64,000 nt of DNA from Myxococcota bacterium (GCA_965228475.1 OZ245817.1:1056001-1120000); one strand, 5' to 3'; numbered from the stretch's first letter, positions 18,593-28,732 are shown. Numbers and translations are program-made. Notes: generated by a model not told the origin, from the letters alone.

Positions 18593-19150
18593 GTGATGCT
18601 TCGCTACCTGATCTTCGTTCCCGTCCTGCTCGCGGTTGCCTGTTCCGGCTCGGGCACTCCGCGCCAGGCGCCGATCGACGGCGCGACGGTCTACGCGAAC
18701 AACTGCAACCGCTGCCACGAGTTTCGCTCGCCGACGGAGTTCAATGGGCCGCAGTGGTCGATCATCTCGACGCACATGCGTCTGGTCGGCGGGATGCCCG
18801 CGGACGAGTCACGGGCGGTCTACGAGTATCTGAAGTCACAGCACCACCCTCCCTACGTGCCCGATGGGGCGGAAGGGGCTTCGCTTTCGGTCGATCCCGA
18901 CTCAGGCCGAGCGCTCGTCCACGAGCGCGGGTGCATCGGCTGCCACGTGGTGGAAGGGCGGGGCGGCAAGATGGGGCCCTCGCTCGACCGCATCTCCGAG
19001 CGACGGTCCGAGGAGTTCGTGGTGCAGCAGATCCTCGACCCCAAGGCGAACAACACCACGAGCCTCATGCCCAATCTCGGGCTCTCTCGGGCCGACGCCC
19101 AGGCGATCTGGGCCTACCTGAGTAGCCTGGATGGAGGAGGCGGAGTCTGA
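18593..19150 (+). CDS. Diheme cytochrome c lipoprotein
   Basis: Lipobox LAVAC; CNRCH and CIGCH; GPSL...MP. Confidence 0.88.
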   Translation: MMLRYLIFVPVLLAVACSGSGTPRQAPIDGATVYANNCNRCHEFRSPTEFNGPQWSIISTHMRLVGGMPADESRAVYEYLKSQHHPPYVPDGAEGASLSVDPDSGRALVHERGCIGCHVVEGRGGKMGPSLDRISERRSEEFVVQQILDPKANNTTSLMPNLGLSRADAQAIWAYLSSLDGGGGV

Positions 19151-19307
19151 TTCCTCATGGCTCGGGGAGGCGGAAGAGGCCGTCCATTCACGTTCGCGGC
19201 CGCGAACCCGCGGCGCAGCTGCGGCATCTCAAGTCGTCGTGCCGGGTGGCCGATCGTGGGCGTACGGCGTCAGGGTGGCGTACCTTCGGTCGGCAGGAGC
19301 CAGCCAG

Positions 19308-19739
19308 ATGAGACTCAGGGCAGCGATCGCATTTGCCTTCATCTTGAGTGGGACAGCCCCCTTCGACGCCGAAGCGTGCGGAACGGACGCGGCTGAGATC
19401 CTCCCTCCTGCGGCCGGCGCCTCGCACGAAGATCACGAGCATTCGCACGCCGCCGGTGCTTCCCACGGGAGCCCGGTTCACGCCGAGGTGCCTGGTCCGA
19501 ACTCGCATGAGCACCCGGACGACCACGGCTCTTCCTGCTGTCGTGCCGACGCGGGGAGCCAGCCGATCCTTCTGGGTGCACAGACGCCTGCGCCGCGCGT
19601 CCATTGGGTCTCGATCGCTGTCGATCCTGCCCCTGGCGTCGGTTGGCAGAGCCCCAGCATCGAGCGGAGCCGGGCGCGGTGGCTCGAGCCACCGCCACCG
19701 GACCCCTACGCGAAGACGCGCCGACCCCTTCTCATCTGA
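19308..19739 (+). CDS. His-rich exported protein preceding the RND operon (CzcI/DUF2946-like architecture)
   Basis: AGGAG RBS, hydrophobic N-terminus, HEDHEHSH, HEHPDDH..CC, C-terminal PPPPDPY..PLLI. Confidence 0.6.
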   Translation: MRLRAAIAFAFILSGTAPFDAEACGTDAAEILPPAAGASHEDHEHSHAAGASHGSPVHAEVPGPNSHEHPDDHGSSCCRADAGSQPILLGAQTPAPRVHWVSIAVDPAPGVGWQSPSIERSRARWLEPPPPDPYAKTRRPLLI

Positions 19740-19809
19740 TCCCCTTCAGGTTCGAACGCCGTAGCGGCGCTTCCCGGCACGTCCCGGGTTTCTCGAATCT
19801 GGAGGAGAC

Positions 19810-21091
19810 ATGCGATCCGCTTTCTACGCCGTCCTCGTGGCGGCGTGGGCCCTCGGGACCCCAGGCCCCGCAAGGGCCGAGTCAGCCCAGTATGCACTGA
19901 CGGCCGAAGAGGCCGTTCGTGAGGCCCTGGTCGCCAACCGCGACCTCCAGGCTGCACGGCGCGATCGAGGCCGCACGTGGGCGGCGGCTCCAGGCTGGCC
20001 GGCTCGAGAACCCCGAGCTCGAGCTGGCCTACGCCGACGACTTCGCCTTCGAGTCCAACGGCGAGCGCACCGCGTCGGTGGCCTTCTCGCAGAGCTTCCC
20101 CGTGACCGCGCGCCTCTCCCGCGAGAGGAAGGTCGCGGCGAAGGACGTCGAGATCGCGGCGGCGGAGGTCCACAACTTCGCTCGCGAGCTCGTGGCCGAG
20201 GTCGAGAGCGCCTTCTACCGCGCCAGAACCTGGGACGAGCGGCTCGCAGTCAACCAGGAGCTCATCGGCTCGGTGCGAGCTGTCGAGCAGGCCACTGGCC
20301 GCAGATTGCAAGCCGCCGAGGTTTCTCCGGCCGAGGTGAGCCTCCTGCGGATCGAACGGCTGCGCCTGGAGCAGGAGTCGGTGCGGCTTGGGCAGCAGGC
20401 CGAGGTCTCCCGCGCGACCCTCGCGCGACTGCTCGGTCGAGACGCACCCGGGTCGCTCGAGCTCGTCGGGGAGCTCGACCCGGGCAACTCGCCGGCGGGT
20501 TCTCCGGGTCGGATCCGTCCGGACCTGGAGGCGGCGAGCCGCGGCGTCGAGCGGGCCGAGGCCGACCGCGCCCTGGCGCGCAGCGAGGCCTGGGAGGATT
20601 GGACGGTGGCCTTCGGCTACGACCGCGAGCGCGCCGTCTTCGATCGCCCGATCGGCGTCAAGGAGGACGAGTTCCTCGGCTTTGGACTCCGCATTCCGCT
20701 CCCCCTGTGGAACCGGCAGCAAGGCCGGATCGCCGAGGCCGAGGCCGAGTTCCGGCGGGCTCGCCACGCGCACGGCGCCCTGGCGCTCCGCGTCGACGAG
20801 GAGGTTCGGGTCGCCCAAGCCGAATTCGAAGCCCTCCGGGCGAATGTCGATGCCTATGCGGACTCGATCCTTCCCGAGGTTTCGCGCACGCGTGAGCTCA
20901 TTGAGCGCGGATATCGTGAGGGCCTGGTCGGGATCGCCGACCTCCTTCAGGCGCAGCGCCAATTCAACGAGACGCGCTCTCTCTACCTGACGCTGCTTGG
21001 CGATCTCCGCGCGGCGGCGATCTCGCTCGAGGCGGCCGTCGGCTCGAGCCCACATCTTCGCGCCGCACCTGGCGCCCGAGGCACACCATGA
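19810..21091 (+). pseudogene. TolC/CzcC-family outer-membrane efflux protein, frameshifted near 19960
   Basis: Frame from 19810 gives signal + AVREALVANRDLQAAR; homology continues in another frame as AIEAARGRRLQAGRLENPEL...PLPLWNRQQG. Confidence 0.85.
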
Positions 21092-22236
21092 AGCGGCGAA
21101 TCCTGCTCCACGCGCTGGCCGCGCTGCTGCTCGCAACTCCGGCCCACGCCCACGAAGGCGAGGATCACGCGGCCGCGCCGGGGACAGAGGGGGCCGCAGT
21201 CGCCGGCGGGGGGCCGATCGAGGTCTCCGAGGTCGCCCAGCGCAACCTCGGCCTCGTCGTGGTCGAAGCCGACCTCCAGCCGATCGATACGACGCTGCGG
21301 GTGATCGGCGAGATCCAGGCCGACCCGGCGCGCTCGGGCACCGTCACGAGCCGCATATCGGGCCGCGTCTCCGGGGTCTTCGCCCAGGAAGGTGAGAGCG
21401 TCGAGAAAGGGGAGCCGATCGTCGAGGTCGAGAGCCTCCAGCTCGGGGATCCGCCGCCCCGCGCCCGCTACCGCTCGCCCGTGGCCGGCGTCGTGACGGA
21501 TCGACACGTCGTCCTCGGAGCCGACGTGAGTCCGAGCCAGCATCTCTTCGAGATCGCGGACCTGACGGAGGTTCTGGCGGTCGGGCGCATCTTCGAGGGG
21601 CAGGTCGGTCGAGTCGCCGTGGACCAGAAGGTGCGCGTTCGCGTCCCGAGCTACCCGGGTGAGGTCTTCGAAGGGGTCGTCGACCGGCTCGGCGGGAAGC
21701 TCGATCCGAATACGCGTTCGCTGGCGCTCTACGCTCGCGTCGCAAACCCCACGGGCCGCCTTCGGCCGCACATGCGCGCCACCCTGACCGTGGTCACGGG
21801 AGGCGCCGACCTCGCCCTCGCCGTGCCGTGAAGCGCGGTGCTCGGCGAGGCAGGGCACCTGTTCGTGTTCGTGCAGGACGAGGAGCAGGCGACGCGCTTC
21901 GAGCGTCGGCCGGTCGTACTCGGCGTCGAGAACGACCGCGCCGTCGAGGTGGTCGACGGGCTCCTCCCGGGCGAACGGGTCGTCTCGCAGGGCAACTACT
22001 CGCTCCAATATCTGGCGCCCGTGGCCGACGAGACGGCGGATCACGAGCACGAATCCTCAGCGAACGAGTCTCACGAGGGCTCGGTCGCTCCCGAAAGCGT
22101 TCCTCTCGAGTCAGGCGCGCGGCGAGGCGTGGTCGTCTGGGGGCTCGGTGCGGTGGGGCTGCTCCTGCTGGGCGGCGCGGCTCTCCACGCCGTCCGCACC
22201 CGCTCAGGCAGGCCGCGCGAGGTTTCGCGGCCATGA
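21088..22236 (+). pseudogene. RND periplasmic adaptor (CzcB/CusB-like) with in-frame TGA at 21829-21831
   Basis: ORFs 21088-21831 and 21838-22236 share a frame: LAVP*SAVLGEAGHLFVFV...GLLPGERVVSQG. Confidence 0.85.
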
Positions 22237-25200
22237 TGAGCCGGCTGATCGAGTTCTCGCTGCGGAACCGGCTCTTCGTCGTGGCGGCTGCCACGCTCGT
22301 CTTCGTCTACGGGGCCTTCGTGCTCCGGGATCTGCCGGTAGACGTGTTCCCCGACCTGAATCGCCCGCTCGTCACGGTGCTCACCGAGGCCCCGGGCCTC
22401 GCACCGGAGGAGGTGGAGACGTTGGTGACGTGGCCGCTAGAGACGGCGGTCAACGGGGCGCCAGGTGTCATGCGCGTGCGGTCGAACTCGGGGATCGGGC
22501 TCTCGATCCTGTTCGTGGAGTTCGACTGGGGCATGGACATCTACCGGGCGCGCCAGCTCGTCCAGGAGCGCATCCAGCTAGCCGCCGAGCGCCTGCCCGA
22601 AGAGATCACGCCGGTCATGGGGCCAATCTCTTCGATCATGGGCGAGATCCTGCTGATCGGCGTCTCGAGCCCCGAGGGCCGGACACCGCCGATGGAACTC
22701 CGCACGATCGCCGACTGGGAGATCCGACAGAGGCTCCTGACCATTCCCGGCGTGGCGCAGGTGATTCCCATCGGCGGCGGCGTCAAGCAGTACCAGGTCC
22801 TGGCGGACCCCGAGCGCATGGCGGCCTACGGCGTCACCCTCGAAGAGGTCCTCGACGCGGCAGAGCGGTCTCAGGTGAACACGCCGGGCGGGTTCCTCAA
22901 CGCGGGGCACCGCGAGGCGCTCGTCCGCAACATCGCCCGCACGCGCGACATCGACGAGATCGCCGCCACCGTGGTCGCTACCCACGGCGAGGTCCCCGTT
23001 CGGCTGGGGGATGTAGCCCGCGTCGCCTTCGACCGACAGATCATGCGGGGCGACGCGGGCGTCGACGGGCGGCCCGCGGTCATCGTCTCCGTGCAGAAGC
23101 AGCCCGGTGTCGACACGGTGGCGTTGACCGAACGCGTCGAAGCCGCCCTCGCGGAGATCGGCCGGGGTCTGCCCAAGGACGTCGAGCTGAGCGTCCTCTT
23201 CAAACAGGCTCGCTTCATCGACGCTGCGATTGCCAACGTCGAAGAAGCGATTCGGGACGGGGCGGTCATGGTCGTGATCGTCCTGTTTCTCTTCCTCCTC
23301 AACGTGCGCACGACGCTGATTACCCTCACGGCGATCCCCTTGTCCTTCGTCGCGACTGCGATCTTCTTCCAGTTCGCGGGAATCTCGATCAACACGATGA
23401 CCCTGGGTGGCCTCGCCGTCGCCATCGGCATGGTCGTGGACGATGCGATCGTCGATGTCGAGAACGTCTTCCGGCGGCTGCGCGAGAACCGGCACGCCGA
23501 GCGGCCCCGGCCCGTGCTCCGGGTGATCGCCGACGCGTCGGCCGAGGTCCGCAACTCGATCCTGTTCGCGACCCTGCTGATCGTGCTGGTCTTCATCCCC
23601 CTGTTCGGCCTCGCCGGGATCGAGGGCCGGCTCTTCGCTCCGATCGGCATTGCCACCATCGTCGCCATGATCGCCTCGTTCGTGGTCTCCCTGACCGTGA
23701 TCCCGGCTCTCTGCTCGTACCTGCTTCCACGGATGAAGCGAATGGAGACGGAGGAGGACGGCTGGCTCGTGCGTCACCTGAAGGACCTCGATCGTCGCTT
23801 CCTGCTCGGCCCGGCGCTCGACCACCCGCTGTGGGCGGCTGGCATCGCGGCCGTGCTGGTCGCGGGCTCGCTGGCCCTCTACCCCGTGATGGGCAAGGAG
23901 TTCCTGCCCGAGTTCAACGAAGGGACCGCGACCATCAACGTGCTCGTGGCCCCGGGCACTTCGCTGGAGGAGTCGAACCGGACCGGCGCGATCGCCGAGC
24001 GTCTCTTGCTTGCGGTCCCGGAGATCGAGAAGACCGGGCGCCGCACGGGCCGGGCGGAGCTCGACGAACACGCCGAGGGCGTCCACTACACCGAGATCGA
24101 CGTCGACTTGAAGCCCTCCGAGCGCTCCCGTGAGGCGATCCTGGAAGACGTCCGTGAGAAGCTCGGCGGCATTCCCGGAATCGCTCTGAATGTCGGCCAG
24201 CCGATCTCCCATCGGCTCGATCACATGCTCTCCGGCGTCCGGGCCCAGGTCGCCGTCAAGCTTTTCGGAGATGACCTAGGCCTGCTCCGGGCCAAGGCCG
24301 CCGAGCTGGAAGCGGCGCTGGGCGAGGTTCCGGGCGTCGTGGACCTCCAGACGGAGAAGCAGGTGCTCGTACCGCAGGTGCGGATCGCGCTCGACCGGAA
24401 GCGGGCGCAGCTCTACGGCGTGCAGGTCGGCGACCTCGCCGAGCTCCTCGAGACGGCTCTCAACGGGCGCATCGTGGGGCAGGTCCTCGATGGCCAGCGC
24501 ACCTACGACGTCTACGTCTGGTACGACGAACCCCACCGTCGCGACGTCGAGGCGATTGGCCAGATGTTGGTTGACACGCCCTCGGGCGAGAAGGTCCCGC
24601 TGGCCCTGCTGGCGGACGTCCTCGAGGCCAAGGGCCCGAACATCATCAACCGCGAGAACGTGCGGCGGCGGATCGTCGTCTCCGCGAACGTATCGGGGCG
24701 CGACCTCGGGTCGACCGTCGCGGAGATGCAGTCGGCCGCGGCGGACGTCGACCTCCCCCAGGGCTACTCGGTGAGCTTCGAGGGGCAGTTTCAGAGCCAG
24801 CAGGAAGCGACCCGTCTGATCGCGCTGCTGAGCGGCTTCACGCTCGCGACCATGTTCCTCCTGCTCTACACCCACTTCCGCAGTGCGGTGATCGTGGCGC
24901 AGGTGCTGCTGAACGTTCCGCTCGCCTTCATCGGGGGGCTGGCGCTCACCTGGTGGTGGGTCGGGACCGTGTCGGTCGCGACGCTCGTGGGCCTCATCAC
25001 CCTGGCCGGGATAGCCTCGCGGAACACCATCATGATGATCTCCCACTATCTCCATCTGATGGAGCACGAGGGGGAGCGCTTCGACCGGGAGATGATCGTC
25101 CGCGGCTCCCTGGAGCGGCTCGTTCCCGTCACGATGACCGCACTCGTTTCGGGGATTGCGCTGATCCCCCTCGTGCTGGCCGCCGGCGAGCCGGGCAAGG

Positions 25201-25403
25201 AGATCCTCTATCCCGTTGCTGTCGTGATCATCGGGGGCCTGCTGAGCTCGACGCTGCTGGACATGGCAGTCACTCCCGCCGTGTTCCTGCGCTTCGGCCA
25301 CCGCGCGGCCGCTCGCTATCTCGCGCGCGAGAGTGGGGACCCGCTCGATGCGGTCCCCGCACCGGCGCCACGCAGCGTGGCGCCGATGAAGGATTCCACG
25401 TAG
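22233..25403 (+). CDS. Heavy-metal efflux RND permease (CusA/CzcA family)
   Basis: LPVDVFPDL, GLAPEEVE, AIGMVVDDAIVDVEN, ERLVPVTMTAL; ATGA overlap with adaptor stop. Confidence 0.93.
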   Translation: MMSRLIEFSLRNRLFVVAAATLVFVYGAFVLRDLPVDVFPDLNRPLVTVLTEAPGLAPEEVETLVTWPLETAVNGAPGVMRVRSNSGIGLSILFVEFDWGMDIYRARQLVQERIQLAAERLPEEITPVMGPISSIMGEILLIGVSSPEGRTPPMELRTIADWEIRQRLLTIPGVAQVIPIGGGVKQYQVLADPERMAAYGVTLEEVLDAAERSQVNTPGGFLNAGHREALVRNIARTRDIDEIAATVVATHGEVPVRLGDVARVAFDRQIMRGDAGVDGRPAVIVSVQKQPGVDTVALTERVEAALAEIGRGLPKDVELSVLFKQARFIDAAIANVEEAIRDGAVMVVIVLFLFLLNVRTTLITLTAIPLSFVATAIFFQFAGISINTMTLGGLAVAIGMVVDDAIVDVENVFRRLRENRHAERPRPVLRVIADASAEVRNSILFATLLIVLVFIPLFGLAGIEGRLFAPIGIATIVAMIASFVVSLTVIPALCSYLLPRMKRMETEEDGWLVRHLKDLDRRFLLGPALDHPLWAAGIAAVLVAGSLALYPVMGKEFLPEFNEGTATINVLVAPGTSLEESNRTGAIAERLLLAVPEIEKTGRRTGRAELDEHAEGVHYTEIDVDLKPSERSREAILEDVREKLGGIPGIALNVGQPISHRLDHMLSGVRAQVAVKLFGDDLGLLRAKAAELEAALGEVPGVVDLQTEKQVLVPQVRIALDRKRAQLYGVQVGDLAELLETALNGRIVGQVLDGQRTYDVYVWYDEPHRRDVEAIGQMLVDTPSGEKVPLALLADVLEAKGPNIINRENVRRRIVVSANVSGRDLGSTVAEMQSAAADVDLPQGYSVSFEGQFQSQQEATRLIALLSGFTLATMFLLLYTHFRSAVIVAQVLLNVPLAFIGGLALTWWWVGTVSVATLVGLITLAGIASRNTIMMISHYLHLMEHEGERFDREMIVRGSLERLVPVTMTALVSGIALIPLVLAAGEPGKEILYPVAVVIIGGLLSSTLLDMAVTPAVFLRFGHRAAARYLARESGDPLDAVPAPAPRSVAPMKDST

Positions 25404-25442
25404 CGCCGGTCGAGGCGCTCGAACAAGGATGGAGGTAGGAAG

Positions 25443-26330
25443 ATGTCGAGGACGAAGTACCTGGGTCGCCTCGTTGCGATCGCCGCTCTGGCGCTGCCGG
25501 TCGCGGTGGGTGCGGACGGCGGCCAAGAGGCGCCGGGATCGGAGCACGGGGGCCACGGCGGGCATCACTCCGGGCACGCCGCTACGAGCTCCCTGTCCGG
25601 TGCCTGGGCTGCTCTGACCGGGGCGCGAGACGCCATCGCGAAGGACGTCGAGTCAGGCGCTCTGGGCGAGATCCACGCCAAGGCCGAGCCTCTACCGGGC
25701 TACGTGGCCGCTCTCCTCGAGCACTCCGGACGCCTCGACGCCGCGAAGCGCGCCCGGGTCGAGGGTGCGGCCAGGCAGCTGGAACGGGTTGCGGACGCCC
25801 TCCACGTGGCGGCCGACGGAAACGACGCCCCGCGGACGCGGAAGGAGCTGAAGCGCCTCGACAGCCTCCTCGACCTGATCCGCGCGCAGTATCCGGCCGG
25901 CGCGCTTGTGGAGAAGGAGCATGGCCACGAGGGGCACTCTTGGGCGCCGGCCGCCGATGGCGACGGCCATGGCCACGGGCGACCGCCGGTAGGAGTCGTC
26001 GAGGCCGAGCCCGCAGCGACGCTGCGCGTTCGCGCGCTCGATCCCTTCCGCTTCGAGCCGGCTCGCCTCGAGCTGAAAGCCGGAGTGGCGACCCGCATCG
26101 AGCTGGAGAATGCGGGAGCCACCCAGCACGCCCTGGTCGTGAGAACTCCCGACGGGGGCCGGGATTGGATCCATCTCCACGTTGGCCCGGGCGAGACGCA
26201 GGGAGCGACCTATCGGCTCGACGAGGTCGGCACCTATCCGGTGGTGTGCACCGTTCCGGGCCACGCCGAGGGTGGCATGATCGGGGAGATCATCGTCTCC
26301 GATTCTCGCGCGGAGCCCCATGTTCACTGA
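25443..26330 (+). CDS. Secreted His-rich protein: helical domain plus C-terminal cupredoxin (type-1 Cu site)
   Basis: Signal peptide, His clusters, QHAL...CTVPGHAEGGM. Confidence 0.85.
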   Translation: MSRTKYLGRLVAIAALALPVAVGADGGQEAPGSEHGGHGGHHSGHAATSSLSGAWAALTGARDAIAKDVESGALGEIHAKAEPLPGYVAALLEHSGRLDAAKRARVEGAARQLERVADALHVAADGNDAPRTRKELKRLDSLLDLIRAQYPAGALVEKEHGHEGHSWAPAADGDGHGHGRPPVGVVEAEPAATLRVRALDPFRFEPARLELKAGVATRIELENAGATQHALVVRTPDGGRDWIHLHVGPGETQGATYRLDEVGTYPVVCTVPGHAEGGMIGEIIVSDSRAEPHVH

Positions 26331-26347
26331 CGTGATCCGAGCCGGCC

Positions 26348-27106
26348 TTGGCTAGCCAGAGCCGTGGTCAGCGCGCTCGGCGCAGGCGGGGAACCCGAAA
26401 GCGGCACGGCTCGGGCGCGCTTGCGGCCCCCGAGGTCGAAGCCCCTCGAGTCTTCGACCACGGGGTGAAGCTCGTCGCCATTGTGACGATGGTCGCGGAC
26501 CACGTCGGGATGATCTTCTTCCCGGAGGTCGACGCGCTGCGGGTCGTAGGGCGTCTCTCGATGCCGCTCTTCGCGTATCTCGTGGCGGTGGGTATCAAGC
26601 GGACGAGCGATCGGTCTGCCTATCTGTGTCGTCTGTTCGCCCTCTTTGTGTTCTCACAGATCCCCTACGGCCTCTTCGTGGGAGACAAGCTCAACATCTT
26701 CCTTTCGCTCGCCGTTGGTGGCATGACAGCGAGCTTTCTTGCGGATCGGAAACCGGCCTGGGCACTCGTCCTCCTCGCGGCTTTTCTTGGATTCACTTTC
26801 CAGCAACCCGTCTCGTACGGCCAGGTAGGCCCCGCACTCGTCCTTGCCTTCGCTGCTCTACCCGGGCGCCCGATCGCCTCGACGCTGCTGGTGGCCCTCG
26901 TGTTCGCGACGCACGGGCTCCTGACCGGCTCCCATTTCAGCTGGATGGCGATCCCGGTCCTTCCTCTCGTGCCTCTCGTCCTCCGGTACGTCCACTGGAG
27001 GTCGCCCTCCCGTTGGCGATGGGCGTACTGGGCCTATCCGTTCCATCTGGCAGCCTTCTACGGCATTGCCTGGCATCTGGGGATCACACAGCACATCCAG
27101 CGGTGA
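26348..27106 (+). CDS. traX: TraX family membrane acyltransferase-like protein
   Basis: KLVAIVTMVADHVG, GRLSMPLFAYLVAVG, Y..RL...SQIPY, YWAYPFHL; start uncertain. Confidence 0.75.
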   Translation: MASQSRGQRARRRRGTRKRHGSGALAAPEVEAPRVFDHGVKLVAIVTMVADHVGMIFFPEVDALRVVGRLSMPLFAYLVAVGIKRTSDRSAYLCRLFALFVFSQIPYGLFVGDKLNIFLSLAVGGMTASFLADRKPAWALVLLAAFLGFTFQQPVSYGQVGPALVLAFAALPGRPIASTLLVALVFATHGLLTGSHFSWMAIPVLPLVPLVLRYVHWRSPSRWRWAYWAYPFHLAAFYGIAWHLGITQHIQR

Positions 27107-27287
27107 GCACGCGCCAGACGAAGATCGTCGCAGGTGGCCAACTAAGGGTTCACGGGCTCCTCGAGTGCGCGCCGAGGGGCGAGAGTCTACCCTCCGGCCC
27201 GATGAGGCAAATCAGCGCAGTCAGGAGCTGCCCCGGGGCATATTGCCCCGACGCTCCCAGCGACGGCCAGCCCCTTTGGAGGGCGTT

Positions 27288-27304
27288 TCGGCACGCCAGG
27301 TGCA
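27288..27304 (+). promoter_or_regulatory. Possible sigma-54 promoter upstream of ECF sigma gene
   Basis: TCGGCACGCCAGGTGCA, GG-N10-GC with two deviations from consensus. Confidence 0.4.
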
Positions 27305-27350
27305 GAAGGAATGCTAGTAAGTTCGGTTCGATCGACGAGGAGTGGGTGAC

Positions 27351-27905
27351 ATGTCCGACTGTGCGCTGGACGGGGCGGCTGACGAAGTCCTCATGGCGCG
27401 TTACGTCGCCGGCGATGCGAACGCGTTCGAGGCGCTGTTCCATCGCTACGAGCGCCGCGCCTACGTCTACTTCCTCAAGCGGACCGGGTCGCCCGAGCGT
27501 TCTCAGGATCTCTACCAGGAGCTCTTCCTTCGGATTCATCGCGCTCGCGACCGGTATGACCCGGCGCGGCCCTTCACTCCGTGGTTCTTCCAGATCGCGA
27601 ACCGGCTGCTCGTGGACGACCATCGCCGAGCCTTTCGAAGTCGCGAGGTGGCCATCGAGGGTCGGGAGCTCAGAGCGAGCGTTTCAGAAGGTGGCGATCG
27701 CCTTGCCGCGCGCGAGCAGCTCGACCGGATCTTCGACGAGCTGTCGCCGGACGAACGCTACGTGCTGCTCTCTGCGAGAGTCGAGGGCATCGGCTACACG
27801 GAGCTCGCCGAGCACCTCGGGAAGTCGGTCGACGCCGTCAAGAAGATGGCGTCGAGGGCCGTCCAGCGGCTGCGGCGCCTCGAGGCGTTGGAGGCCTCCG
27901 GGTAG
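27351..27905 (+). CDS. ECF RNA polymerase sigma factor
   Basis: AFEALFHRY, DLYQELFLRIH, FTPWFFQIANRLLVD, region 4 YTELAEHLGKSVDAVKKMASRA; GAGGAG RBS. Confidence 0.92.
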   Translation: MSDCALDGAADEVLMARYVAGDANAFEALFHRYERRAYVYFLKRTGSPERSQDLYQELFLRIHRARDRYDPARPFTPWFFQIANRLLVDDHRRAFRSREVAIEGRELRASVSEGGDRLAAREQLDRIFDELSPDERYVLLSARVEGIGYTELAEHLGKSVDAVKKMASRAVQRLRRLEALEASG

Positions 27906-27959
27906 GGGGTCTCGGTCGCGGCCCCAACCTGCTGCAACGGAACAGAGACGAGAGGGAAG

Positions 27960-28670
27960 ATGGTAGGGGACGACGAGCGAACGCCCGTCGATCTGCGCGA
28001 CGGCGTTCGATCTGGGATTCTCGCGACGATCACGCGCGACGTCGAGCTACGGGGCGGCCGGACGGCACGTCTTCTGGCCGCGGCCGGGGTCGCTGGCGTG
28101 GCGGCCGCCGTCGGCGTCACGTTGTTGGTTTCGACCCACCCATTTGACCACCACCCCCCCTGGCACGTGGCGATGTTCAGCGCCGTCTGGGCAGGGCTGC
28201 TCGTGGTGAGCTTCGCCATCGCCTTTCTCGAAGTTCGGACGCCCTCGCTGCCGCTGGCGCGCGCTACTTCCGTAGGCTTGTTGGGTCTCGGACTGGCCGG
28301 GGTGTGCGGGGCCGTTTGCCCGGACCACCATTTCCTCCACTGGTGGTCGGCTTCGTCAGCTGGGGCTCCGCTGACCCAAGCAGGAGGTCTCGCACTCAGT
28401 GCGCTCTGCTTCGGCTTCTGCACGACTCTGCTCGTGGGTCTGATCTCGGCATTTCTGCTTCTGGGTGACCGGGCGCACGCCCACGTTCCCCCGAGCCTCG
28501 CCGCTGCGGTGCTCTTCGTTCTGTTGATTCCTGGCGTGGCGCTGCAATCTTTCGGGACCTCCATCGCGGTGTTCTGCGCCTGGCTGCTGGGGACAGGGAT
28601 CGGAGCCTACGTTGGCGTTGCCGGCGGCGCGCGTCTCGGTGCTCAGATCAAGGCCGCCCGACCGGGCTGA
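27960..28670 (+). CDS. Putative multi-TM anti-sigma factor with His/Cys motifs (NrsF/DUF1109-like architecture)
   Basis: Directly downstream of ECF sigma; about 6 [21 protein letters not shown]. Confidence 0.7.
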   Translation: MVGDDERTPVDLRDGVRSGILATITRDVELRGGRTARLLAAAGVAGVAAAVGVTLLVSTHPFDHHPPWHVAMFSAVWAGLLVVSFAIAFLEVRTPSLPLARATSVGLLGLGLAGVCGAVCPDHHFLHWWSASSAGAPLTQAGGLALSALCFGFCTTLLVGLISAFLLLGDRAHAHVPPSLAAAVLFVLLIPGVALQSFGTSIAVFCAWLLGTGIGAYVGVAGGARLGAQIKAARPG

Positions 28671-28699
28671 GCGGCTCTCGCCATCGCCTTGTCGAGTCT

Positions 28700-28726
28700 G
28701 TCACCGTCGTCCACCACGGCCGTAAT
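28700..28726 (+). promoter_or_regulatory. Putative ECF promoter GTCACC-N14-CCGTAAT, likely leaderless transcript
   Basis: Motif ends 6 nt before ATG 28733. Confidence 0.7.
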
Positions 28727-28732
28727 CCGGGC

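Noticed and set aside
21829..21831. In-frame TGA as selenocysteine or alternative genetic code
   Set aside because: Position is not a Cys site in adaptor proteins (VPxSAV), and TGA terminates many other genes here normally
27351..27905. CorE-type copper-activated ECF
   Set aside because: No CxC motif or C-terminal Cys-rich domain; it has a membrane anti-sigma candidate instead
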